This document shows, in pieces, positions 36,301 to 47,883 of a stretch of 64,000 bases of DNA. The DNA comes from Bilabrum cf. latius. Its lineage: Eukaryota. The notes under the pieces are model-generated. The model did not search any database and had not been told where the DNA came from. It was given only the letters and a program-made list of their open reading frames with translations. How positions within the stretch are numbered: the stretch's first letter is position 1; every line of letters begins with the position of its first letter. The stretch is taken from positions 496,001 to 560,000 of the forward strand of contig OZ237761.1 of the NCBI GenBank assembly GCA_965178125.1, written 5' to 3'. Position numbers and translations under genes: made by a program.

Positions 36301-38645
36301 AGTATCGACACGGTGTGCCTGTGGGGTCGCCCCTTCGAGGCAATGCGTCTTATAGCGCGACCAAGAAGTCGAGCCCGCGAGCTGGAATCATGGGCTCGTC
36401 CGCAGGGGCGTTCCCGCTGGGTCGCTCGAGTCACAAGGCCCCTGCAGCTCGCGCGCTTATGACACGCACCCGAGTGCGCGGCCTGCGGCTCAAGGGCGGT
36501 GACGCCAGTGATGGTGTAGCGGGTCATCAGCCAGTCCACCCCTACTCGACGAGCACGGGATTCCGACGGGAGCTGCTCCGTTCAGGACTCGATGCTGATC
36601 ACGAGGCTATGGGAAAGGAAATGGTGCACGTGCAGATGCGACAGGCAAAACTAGCCAAGGGAAAGGATAGGCGCGAGCGGCTGCATGCTGGTGTGGTAGA
36701 CGACACGGGCAGCGTATCCTCGTCGGATTCTGACCACGACACAGAAATCGACCGCATGATGGCCGCCGAGTCAGACGCGGCGAGAAGGCACCGCCGGCTG
36801 CAGCAGCAGCTGCGAGCCATGGCTGGCCACCGCTGGCAGAGCTCTCTTATCGCTCTCAAGCTCCGGCGGGAAGAGCTGGAGGAGGCCAAGGCACGGATCC
36901 GCAGGGGCGTGCGAAGGCAGCAGAAAGAGCCGTGGGCTGCTGCTGTGGACCAGATGCGCGCAGGGGGGAAGAGACGGCCGGCAGCCTTTCGGTGGGACGC
37001 GCCCGGGGACGGGCAGCCGCGCAGGGTGCGTGTCTTGCCCACGGGAGCGGTACAGGAGCTGCCTGGATCTGCGGCCGGGGCCGGAGCTGAGAGGAACATC
37101 TTGCCTCGGTTCCAGTACCAGAAGACGTGGGCACTGCGTAAGAAGAGCTACAGCAGAGCTGGGAATGACGCCAAGGAATCTTCCATCTCCAAGTCTGACG
37201 TCGTCTCGGCCGGCCTGTTTTCTGCCACCGATGCGCAGCAGAGCGCGGCAGACGACGGATGGAAGCAACGGAGTAGCGCGCGAGAGGAAGCCCAGAGGCT
37301 GCTGGGCGTGTCCTTCGGGCCAGCGCACCATGATGTGTTCCCCGGTGCACAGAAGAACCTGGTCGATGCTAGGGAACAACTGGGATCTCCCGTGCCTCGC
37401 ATACATCTGCACTCCACTTCGACCGGACGCAAGGCAGGCCATGCCGGTGGCAAGATACCATTGCGTCAAGAGAACGCCCCTGACCAAATGCAAGCATCAA
37501 TGGAGCCGCGCTCTGCCAGAGCCCGCCTGCAGCAGTAGAGCGCCGGTGAATCTGCAACCCGTTCGCCAATGCCCCCCGGTTCTCGGCATCGGCGGCCGGT
37601 GCGCCGGGCACGACCAGGCGGAGCGGCTCGCCTGGTGCATCAGGGAAGCACCGGCACGAGAACCGGTGGAGGTCAGGGCATGCTGCTGTCGGCGAGAACG
37701 ATGCGGGCGGCTCCGCCAGTCGCGAGGTCTGTGCTACAGGACGGCGACGGCGGGGTGCTTGGGCTGGCACCGGGCACAGTGCCCCTGGAGGCACGCGCTA
37801 GCCCCGTGCAGGGCGGGGGCCCTGGGCACGCACTCGCTTCTCAAGAAGCGGCGGTACTGAGGGACCAAGCGGAGTATCTCCAGTGGCAGCACTAGAACAG
37901 AGCCTATGTCGTGCATGGGCAGGGTAGCGACACCGATGCATCGAAAGAACCGAAAGGCGCATCAAGTCCGCCGGGTACTCCCGTCGGCAGAGGTGATCAG
38001 CCCCATTAGATCTAGTCTGGTCTGGAGGCCAGTCGCAACCACGTGGCTGTCGGAGCCAGCTGGAGCCGTGGCGGATTGCGCGGGGCCGGTTCCGCAGGGA
38101 TCCGCACGCGCGGGATCCTGCTGGCCCGCGATGCCTCTCTGAACTCTCTCCTGAGCGATACCTCGTACCTGGGCGCCCCCGCCGTGGACCTCACCAGGTC
38201 TCAGAGACAGCGCGCAGCCGCCGCCGCAGGGTCGCTAGCGGCTGCTGAGGCGGTTGCAACCGAAATTCGGAGGTCTGAAGGCGGCTTGGTGGCTACGTCT
38301 TCTCCCAGGGGGAGCAGGAATGCTGAGCGCACGCAGTCCGAGGCACTCGCAGCGCGTGCGGAGCAGGTGCTCCGAATGCGGACAGCTGATGAGCGGCTGC
38401 GGGCATCGACAGGCGTGGGCGGGGTGCAGGGGCTGCAGGCAGCGAGGGAGCATATGGAGAGGCGAGAAGGGGTGGCCTCGAGAGTTTTGGGTGGGAGTAC
38501 GAGCGAGCGCGGGCAGCCGCTTCAGGACCACGGGTTGGATGCGATCGCAAGCAAAGCAGCCGCCGACGCCATCGCTGCCACGTGGCTAGTTCGGCCTGAC
38601 GCAGCCGGAGATGTGCAGGCTGGTGGCCCCTCGGCTTGGAAGTGA
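33372..38645 (+). CDS. RCC1-repeat protein with long disordered C-terminus
   Basis: VSCGLAHCAILTQDGRLFTAGQASHGRLG, VSCGRSHSLAL, SAGDKHSLCLDSEGLVWAWGCSADGRLG. ORFs 33372, 35997, 37569 and 38043 are in one frame, linked by TAGs at 35967, 37536, 37893, 38007 and 38013; TGA at 38643. Confidence 0.85.
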
Positions 38646-38822
38646 TCTCAGCTCGTGCTTACTATCCGCGGCTTGTTGATAATTGCAGTGCCAGCGGACT
38701 GCTGGTCCTGCCGAACCCCTGGATTCCTCCGATGCCTCACGATAATCGGAGCTCCCTTTCGGCGCGATTGGCGTTAGCAGAACATTCGCAACGGCCTATC
38801 GTATGGCACTGACTGTGGTGCA

Positions 38823-41800
38823 ATGAGCATGATACGAATTCCCACAAGCGGTCGCCTTGAAGTGTCTGGCAAGGTCTTGGCTGACAGCGAGCCTAATCCC
38901 GACGACGTAGACAGCTCTTATGACGGTGCTTCAACCGATACAGCCTACGATATAATTGTAGATCATTCCATTAAAGCAACTGATCCAGATGGACGCGCAG
39001 ACTTAGTGAGGAATTCGGGAATACTTCTGTTGATCGTGCTTTGTGCCGTTGTGGCGCTGACAACGGCACTCTTTGAGCAATTGAGCACACTTACCAATCA
39101 TATACCGCAGTTTGTTAGACTCTCCGTCAGTGAATCGGCATCAAAAAGATCATGGAGAGTCTACCGGTCGTCAAATGCCATCCGGGCCTTGCATGATGCG
39201 GTGAGATTTCGTGACAGACGCTGCGACCAAACGAACCCCCTCCGTCGTCGCTACATCGAAACCGGCAGCGGGTAAGCCTTACGCTGTATCGCAGCTTTGT
39301 GATGGTCATTCCGATGCCATGGCTGCATTGGAGCCGCCTCCACTTGTCCGGCGGAAGGCAGACATTCCGAAAAGCTCAACCTCACCCGGTTCGACCGTGG
39401 CACCGGCCAAATTTGGGGCATTTGCACGAGATTGCGATGGATACTTCGAAGATCTGTCGCATTTTGACTTTGTTGCGACGTCGGGTCGATTTCTTGACTT
39501 CATTGAAGGGCCGTTTGCGTGCCGACCACTGCAGCCAAGTGTTGGGCACTGTCCTCCTGATTTACAAGTTCGATACGGTGGGTATCATCAACATGTTGCC
39601 GGTTATCGCCTGCAAGTAAAATCGAGCTCGCTTGGATGCGGCTGGTACGTCTGGCGGGGCAAAGTTGACAGCGAGAATCTCCTCGCTTTCGCGAAGCAGG
39701 ACCCGTTGGTGTTTGCGCACTGTTCCACTGACCTATCTCAAAGGCTGCCCAATGCTGAAGGTGTGCGACGACAGGCGGACATAGCAGCCGCGGGATCGTC
39801 GATTGCAGAGGTAGTGAATCGGCTGCTCGCTTGCATGGTGCCTCCGTACCCCGCGGCTATGCTGGCTTTCCTCCGCCTTGGAGAGGCCATCGAAGCGCAC
39901 TAGCTCAGCGAATAGGCTGCCATTGAGACCGATCCAGCGGGTAGTTTAACGTCATCGCGCGATGGCCTGGAATGGGTGGCAGTGCCTGACCAGGGCTTCC
40001 CTAAGCCTACCATTGGGCATAGTGCTGGGCTTGCACCATCAGCACTCGGTGGTGGGCCAGCACCGAGATCGTGCTGGCACAACCGAGAAGTTATCGAACT
40101 GGCTCGCAGTTTGCTGGACGGTAGGCCTGACAGTACCGATAGTTCTTCTTCTTGGGCCAGGCAGTATGCGGCCGATATGGGCGGCTTGCCCTCTGCTGCA
40201 GTGCTTTCCATGGCAATGGCCGATCGTAAGGACAACAGCGCCGAATCAGCGGGGAATACGTGGCGAAGCAGGCACGATTCCAATGCTGATGAAAATAGTT
40301 ACCTTGGCGACGGCCTCTTATCTCCTATGCAAGCCTCCCTCGACGAGGACCGGCGACCGGCACCGAAGCAGCTGCATGCCGCCATGCGCGCAACTTCTGA
40401 CGACATGCTTCCGGGGTCTCCGAAGCAGCCACATCCGCACATTGCTGGCAGTTCAGCCCACAGCAAGGAGAGGGCGAATTCCGGAGATGCCAAGGTCGTT
40501 GAGTCTGACTCAGGGTACTCGTCAGCGAGGAGCCAGGTGGTCGACGGGTCCATGGGCTTCATCAGCCAGGAGAGCCGCCGCAGCTTTGGGTAGCGGGGAG
40601 CACAGGCTCCACGGGCTACAAACAGTGGCACGGGATGGGGTACGAACGGGGAGCATGCAGATGGTAAGGATGGGAAAGGAGCAGTCGAGGACCAGCCCAT
40701 TGCAACTAGCAGAGACAAAGCGGTCTGCGCCCCTGCCTCAAGTGTGACCTCTTCGAAATCCAGGAAGTCGACCAACTCATCAAACGCATCCGGACGGACT
40801 GTCGGAACAGCCCACCTGTCTGCAGCTAGCCGCGGCACACGTCGAGGCACGCGTGGGGACGACGCAGAGGGGACACCGAATGCTGGCACAGTTGGAGAGT
40901 AGCAGGCCTCTCGCCAGCTAGAAGCCAGGGTGATGCCGAATGCTGGCACAGTTGGAGAGTAGCAGGCATCTCGCCAGCTTGAAGCCAGGGTGATGCCGGA
41001 ACCACCCCGCCCCGCACAGATAGAAGCGCTGTAGCAAGAGCTCAGCGCACCCCAAAGCCCTTGGAAAAATCATGGTCTGTCTGCTGCCAATAAGCACAAT
41101 GAGGCCCCGTCCACAGTTGTGGCCTCAACAGCGACCGATACTCACGCTGGGGATGCAGGAGGGCGCGGGCCCAGTCGGTCTTCGTCAGCGCATTCGAACC
41201 ATGTAGTCGCATCACAGCGAGGGCATCCAGTCCAGAGTGCCCCTCCCATCATTGAGACGGAGGGGGATAGCAGTGCATCTCCTGGCACAACGAAGAGTCC
41301 CACTGCTGCGCCAGAGAGCAGCAGCTACAACAGCACTGGCCCGCTGATGCGACTTGGATCTCAGCAGTCCATCAGCGCTATTTTTGGCGCAATAGGGGCT
41401 TCACGAACATCAAGGCAAGCCTCGGTACGATCAGGAATGAACCAGACAGCTAAGATGCAAGCCAAGCAGGATGCCCCTCCACAGACCGCTCCAGTGCAGA
41501 GCTCTATGCGCAGAGCAGCTTCCAATGCATCTACCGTTGGAGTCCGGCGTGGCAGCATATCAGATTTGGTTGCTCACGATGTTCCAGAATCAGACTACTC
41601 GTCCACAGTTGCCTCGGAGAGCGAAATTGCTTCCCCACAGCTGGGTGCAGCAGCCCACGAGAACCCACCGCCCAGGCGGCGATCGTCGTTGAAGCTGCCT
41701 CGGCTGAAGTCTATGCAGGACTGGGACGTTGGGCTGGAACCACTGTCAGAGCAGACAGCCGGAGAGATAGGGGAGGAAGAAGGTCCGTCCAGCGTGAGAT

Positions 41801-44800
41801 CAGCGTCGTTGAGCGGCACGAATTAGACTCCAAGGAGCCCAGCTTGCCATTCCAGACAGCGGTCCAGGTCAGACAACAAGCCTCCCCGTGACGTATCCCA
41901 AGTATCTGCAGCCTCTACCCTTCCTAACAGACACTCGTCGTTGTACGATGAGATCAACCTTAAGGAAGCACCGACTCGCACGGATGGCGTGCAGAATGCA
42001 CGGAGACAGCCGACATCGCGATGGTCGCAAAGCTCGGGTGGAATGCCAGGCCCCATCGCCAGACGGGATGTGAGGACCAAATTACCCCCCTTCCAGGTAC
42101 AATCTGGCAGTGAAGCCGGAAATCCACGCACTCGTGCCCGTCCTGGCGCCCGTGCTCGTCAGGACGCTAGCTCGGATGGGTCCGCTACTACCGCTGTTGA
42201 ATCAACACGGTCTAGCTGGGAGGTTGCTAGCACCGATCAATTGCGAGCCCCTCCCAGAAGCAATCTGAAAAATGATAAAGGTGCTGCAATACCAAAGACA
42301 ACCTTGGATTCGCACACACGATCAAAGAGGGGGTGGGCTGCGCTTGGCGAGACCAGTCTTGGGGAGCTGTCTGGCCTTGCATCCGAGTCATCTTCGGATT
42401 CATCGGCTTCATAGAGCTCTGACCTAAATGGCGAACGTGGTACAGACTCCAGGTTAAAGGTCGGGGGCAGGTCGACAGAAGCATCTGCCGTGCGCGATAC
42501 CCTGGGAGATGCGGCTGCACAGAAATCCTCTTCAGAGTCGTCCTTCGAATCGTCGTCGTCAGACACATCTGACAGCGACGCGGGAGCCACGGAGCACCCT
42601 TCGATCCGGTCTCATTAGTCTCTGCGGCTTATTCTGAATCGTTCTTCCAAGAAGTCGCGAAATTAGAAGGATCGATCACGGCCGCGCAGAGCCAGCGTTG
42701 AGCGGCAGCTGCAAAAGACACCAACTCACAGTTCCCTGAGATCTGCGTCCATTACTCGAGATGAAGAATCCACCTCTAGGAAAATCCAAAGAGATGCGAA
42801 GGAGGTGCTTAAAGCAACCCAGGGCGTTGTGCTGCTGGTCGGAAATTCTCGAAAGGGGTACGAGGTCAAGCGCCCAGATGACGATGTCCCCGATGAGCTC
42901 AAGCGTTAGGTGAAGTCTTCTTCGGTACCGTCTACCACTGGAAGCCTATCGATGGGCACCGAGTTATCGGATACCTCTGACCGTGGTAGCAACAGGCGAC
43001 GCAGGGGCAAGCAGGCCTCGGCTGGCAGCCTGTCGCTGGATGGTGAGTCTTCGGATACCTCTGACCGTGGTAACAACAGGCGACGCAGGGGCAAGCAGGC
43101 CTCGGCTGGCAGCCTGTCGCTGGATGGTGAGTCTTCGGATACCTCTGACCGTGGTAGCAACAGGCGACGCAGGGGCAAGCAGGCCTCGGCTGGCAGCCTG
43201 TCGCTGGATGGTGAGTCGTCAAGCAGTGGTTCTTCACACGAGCAGGTACCGCAGCATCGCTCGAATTCTGCTCAGGTTCAGAATACAAGTGCCGTGGCGG
43301 TAGATCGCATACGGTATTCTGCAGGTGGACCAACCCCATCAGACTAGCCTCGAAGATCCGATCTTATTGAGCAAAGCTTAGTAGAGCCTACGAGCTCGTC
43401 TAGCAGCGCGCTGTCAGACCTGAGCTCATTCGAATCGGTCGAAGAGGTGCCTGAGACTCCACCTCCAAGGTCGCCTCGAACGGCGGCGAGGATGCTGCAC
43501 GAGGGCCAGCAGCACTTCGAGTTCCTCCGAGCCGTTGCTCTCCTGAAAGAAGGACAGGCCCTCCGGAAACTTGCGGATTCCTGGGTCACACCGCCTTCAG
43601 CACGGGTCCTGTGGTTCCTGCCGGGCACGGGGCTGCCGAGGGGCAGGAAAAGCAAGAGAGCTCAGGTGGACCTGCGCAGTAAGCTAATACCGCCCCTGCG
43701 AGAGCGATGTCGGGAGCTGGGCATCAAGCCGGGCTGGTTTGGCGATCAAGCGCTCGAGGTGTGGCCGTACTCTGCACTCTGCTACGGCACCGAAAAGAAG
43801 GACCGAGCTGACGCTGAGGGCATCCGAGTCGTGCGCCTTGCCTAGGTGATCGAGGCTCGGAGGGGCGTAAGCGCGGACAGAGCGGCTGTACGGTTGACCA
43901 CGGCTGTGCGATAGGTACCCGCCCATGAGTGCTTTCATATCGTGCTAACGGGTGGCAAAACCCTGAATTTTCAGGCAACTGACCTGGTGTCTCGCAACGA
44001 GATCGTTGATGCTATTCAACGCGTGCTCGCTGCAATCACCGGCAACCCAAGACTACATCGTTCGCTGATCACAGTAGGTACTGCGGCTAGTCACCTCAAC
44101 CGCATCGAGTACCTGGACTGGGAGCAGCAGCGGGGGATGTACGACGAGTATCAGTACAAAGTACAGAAGTAGGAGCGCCGTGAGCGGAGGCGGGAACGGA
44201 TTGCCAGGCGCGCCGCGAGCTCTGGGCGGGATCAGCACCGCGACAATACGAGGAGTAGCACCCCGGCGAGACCTGCCCACGATAGGTTGGGAAGTGCACC
44301 TCGGGATGAGAGGCACGGGTCAGATGAGCTGGAGCATGTTCTGGAAGGCACCACACGCAGCTCAAGCTCCAGTACACGGTCATCATCGAGATCTCACCCT
44401 TCAGCGAGACATTCTTTGCCGTTGCAAACTCGTGTTATGCAAGGTCCGGCAACGCAGCGCCGACCGGAGCCCGCTTTTGAGCATGCGCCACCGGTGATAG
44501 GGCCGTCAATCGGATCCGATACGACCGCATCTGGCAGCTTGCTGTCCCATGAGTCTCTCAGCGCCTTGCTACGACAGGGATCGGCTCGCTAGTAGCAGTC
44601 AAGCGAATTCGGTCGACAAGAAGTTAAGGCGAGAACTACGCCTGGGAATGGCAGAGTAGCACATGGAGAAGACGTCAGAGATGATACTGCGCGAGAGACC
44701 ATAGTGACAAGCTCCACTCCATCCAGTGCTCTCTTGGATCCAAGTGCCACAAGTAGGAGCACCGATTCAGATGTGCACGACAGTGCTGACTCTGGGGGCA

Positions 44801-47772
44801 GCGGTAGTGCGGGCTCACAGAGCGACGCAGGAAGGAGTTCTGATCCCTCCGGGGACACTAGGGAGGGTCCATCTCTCTAGGAGCAAACGCATGCGAGTGC
44901 AAAGATGGATTTCTCGAAGCAGGTCGGGGACGGCTCACCGGAAGATTGTCATGGATCGTACCGTGTGTTCCATACAGCAGAATGTCCGGCGCAGGCTGGT
45001 TAGGGTACGCTTGCGGCCGCACAAACTAGTCAGAACGCACCTGTTCCGGATGACACTGCTCCGAGCTCGCCTGCAGCGCATGATCACGGAACGCAGCTGA
45101 CTACAGTTGTAACACGCGAACGCCGAGCTAGCTTTTCGTCGCAGCGAGGTCTTGAAAGGGTCCTTAGCGAGGCAAAGAATCGCAAGGCCAGGTCTAGTCT
45201 CATGTCAATCGGGAACTCCTGGAGGTCTGCAAGGTCAAGGGTGCCATTTGCAGCGAAGGCTAACGAGCACAGCTCTGACAGCAGCCACGTGGGTACACAC
45301 AACGCTTCAGTTGGGTCTGCTACTCCAAGGCAAGAGGCCCATTCCGTCGCGGCGACCGAAGCTGTTGGTGAGCTCCACGGATCGGTCGCAGCACCAAGTG
45401 TGGCAGAGACAGCTGCCAATACGCCTAGGTCTCGACTCATCTATATGCAGCCAGTGGGTGCTGAGCATCCGTACGAGTCCTCTAAATCCTCATTAGGAGC
45501 AGAGACAGGCCTTGAGGCTCATTCAGAGGAGGAGACAAGGGGAGCAGGCGATGATTCTGGCGAGCATGGTGCAGCAGGGGCGACAGTTCGAACTGACATC
45601 GAGGCAAGGCAGTCCGACGAGAAGTCCCACGGGGGGCTAGATGAGCACTACACGCCAAGTGCTCTGCAAGCAATCGGTGTGGACGCGGAGCAGCGGCGTG
45701 CTCCCGACTTGATCCTCCCCGAATCCGGCGAGGCTACCGAGCGGGTCAGCAAGAGAGAGCCTGATTAGCGAAGCAGCGGATCCGATGCGAGCAGTAGCAG
45801 TTCGGTTGAAGAGTAGAACAATGGGCAAAACAGCGATCAAAAGGCGGTTTTGCAGCCCAGCAGCTCGCCTGCCAGGCGCAACAGCAGCAGTGACAAGAGC
45901 CGCCCCTCCTGCAGCGATGCCAAAGCAGGCGACACTGTCGAGAATGAGCTGCAGCAACCTGACACGACTCCTGCCATGCGCCGATGGAGTTTCCTCGCAG
46001 AACAGGAAGAAACAGTGAGATAGCTTGCATCCGCGTCTCTCTCGTCCAGCGTTGCCTCTAGGCGGTCGACCCCGCCGCCCCCGCCACCGAGACAGCTTGC
46101 AGCTCGGCGTGGGTCCGAGCCACGCGCGCCTGATTTCCCCTCTCCAGAAGTGTCCAACTCCAACATTGTGCCGACACCGACCGCCCCAAACAGTGGCACA
46201 CAGGCTAGCGGTGGATTGCAAACCCAACAGACAGGTAGCAAACCCCTGACAGCCGGAGAGAAGAGGCGACAGAGGGCCTTGGAGAGGCGCAGGGCCATGC
46301 AAATCGACTCCGCTTCCCCGCTCGCTAGTCCTGGGTCCTCTGCGTCGCCACTTCAGTTGAAATGGCCCGGAGATCAGCATCGCGGGGACAGAGACGCGAT
46401 ACACGATCAGCGCACGGCAAGCGCAGCGAGGCGGCGGCCATCGTCAGGCAGGTCTTCGGCGGGTGAAGAGTCATCGTCAAGCGAGGGGGATTCGTCGACT
46501 GGCAGTTACCAGAGGCATGGGACAGGGCAATCTAGGCCTGTCAATGCAGCACTGGCAATGGGACGAAGGCGCAGGCGCAGATCGGGAAGCAGCCTTTCGA
46601 GCAGGAGTACTTCTACAAGCGACAGTGAGGCCGCCTCGAGCCATCTATCCAGTGCACTCGACGGTGTCAGCAGCACCACTAGCAGTCGAAAAGACGAAGG
46701 GATTATGCCCGCGCAACACTCTGGCACTTCACCAGCAAAGCGAACTGACATCGCACCAGCTCGAGAAGCCGCCGATGTGAGCCACTCTGATGTCGCGACT
46801 AGGCGTACCAGTCGGACAGCTGAGCAATCCAAGGAGAAGGAGAGCCAATCCTCTGCCGAGATACCTGTAAGAGATCTCGTGAAGTTTAGCTTGATTGCAA
46901 GCAGCGCTGACGAGTCTGTAGGCGTTGCTGCGGGAGACGAATCTGATGCCGGCAGCGAGGTTGACTCAGATGGGCACGCTCAGGTAGATGCAGAGGCTCC
47001 TCCTCGCTTGCCGCCGTCCGTGATTTCTTCCTCCTCGCCCACTCCGAGCATGGATGAATCGGTCAGGGCAGGCGTGGAATCCATGGCATCAAGGGCCCAA
47101 GAATCTCAGCTACCAGCTTCATCCGAGCAACGAGGCACACACGGTGCTGGTACGGTATCTGTCGAGCCTGCCATAGAGGCTGAGCCCGCATTGGCTGCGC
47201 AAGCCTAGCCGGAGGCCCCGGGGACGACTGTCCAAAGCGGTGCAACTCCTTTGACACCGGCCAAGGTGTCCCTTGCTCGACTTCGCTCGCCGCATGGCCA
47301 TGTGGTGGAGCAGGGTGCCCTTCGCAAGAATCGCCTGGCGCAGATCGCCAACGGAGTGCGGAGCACCATTCGGCTGTCCAAGGGAAGCAACAAAGCAAGT
47401 GAATCGCGCGCAGCTAAAGCTCGAGACTCCTCCAGAGCTGGAGGCGAAATGCCTGCGGGTCTGCCCCCTCGGTCCAAACGAGCGCCGGAAAGTGCGAGTG
47501 CCGCTGCTGGGCGAGTCAGTCTCAAGGAAGCCAAGAGGAGGCAGAAGCAAGAAGAAGCGCCTTGGGAAGACGCATCTACTGTGCTGTCTGAGACAACTGC
47601 ATCCACGCTGAGAACCACGAATCAGCCTTCCTTCAGGATAAGAGAGACTGGACCTACGTTTGGATCACTTCTCCCAAGGGGCTCGACCGCCCAAGCGCTG
47701 CTTTCCAGCAAGCTGGCCGAGGTCCGGCGCCGAGCCATGCTGAGAAGTGAGGCGGGTGATGCCGAAACGTGA
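38823..47772 (+). CDS. Giant (~2,900 aa) protein with N-terminal PX-like domain(s), a central PH-like domain and Ser-rich disorder
   Basis: Intron 39201-39294 gives SWRVYRSSNAIRALHDA|LCDGH..LEPPP (PX-like); possible intron 39006-39110. The frame is free of TAA/TGA from 39205 to 47769 and holds 23 TAGs. PH-like block ~43520-44040: LLKEGQALRK..VVRLA*VIEARRG..ECFHIVLTGGKTLNFQATDLVSRNEIVDAI. Confidence 0.8.
40876..40995 (+). repeat. 60-bp tandem duplication (2 copies) in coding sequence
   Basis: ccgaatgctggcacagttggagagtagcaggc.tctcgccagct.gaagccagggtgatg x2, encoding PNAGTVGE*QASRQLEARVM; two third-position differences. Confidence 0.9.
42967..43218 (+). repeat. 84-bp tandem repeat (3 copies) in coding sequence
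   Basis: Copies start at 42967, 43051 and 43135; each encodes SDTSDRG(S/N)NRRRRGKQASAGSLSLDGES. Confidence 0.93.
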
Positions 47773-47883
47773 GGTGGGGGCCCAGTAATGCAATGATGGC
47801 TTGGACCGTGGCATGCAGTTTAGTGCTCCGAGAGTATTCAATTTTTGCATTCTACATTGTTTGTGATCTGCATCCTTCCATTC

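Noticed and set aside
42967-43218. CRISPR-like array
   Set aside because: Contiguous 84-bp units with no unique spacers, in frame within a eukaryotic gene, and no cas genes.
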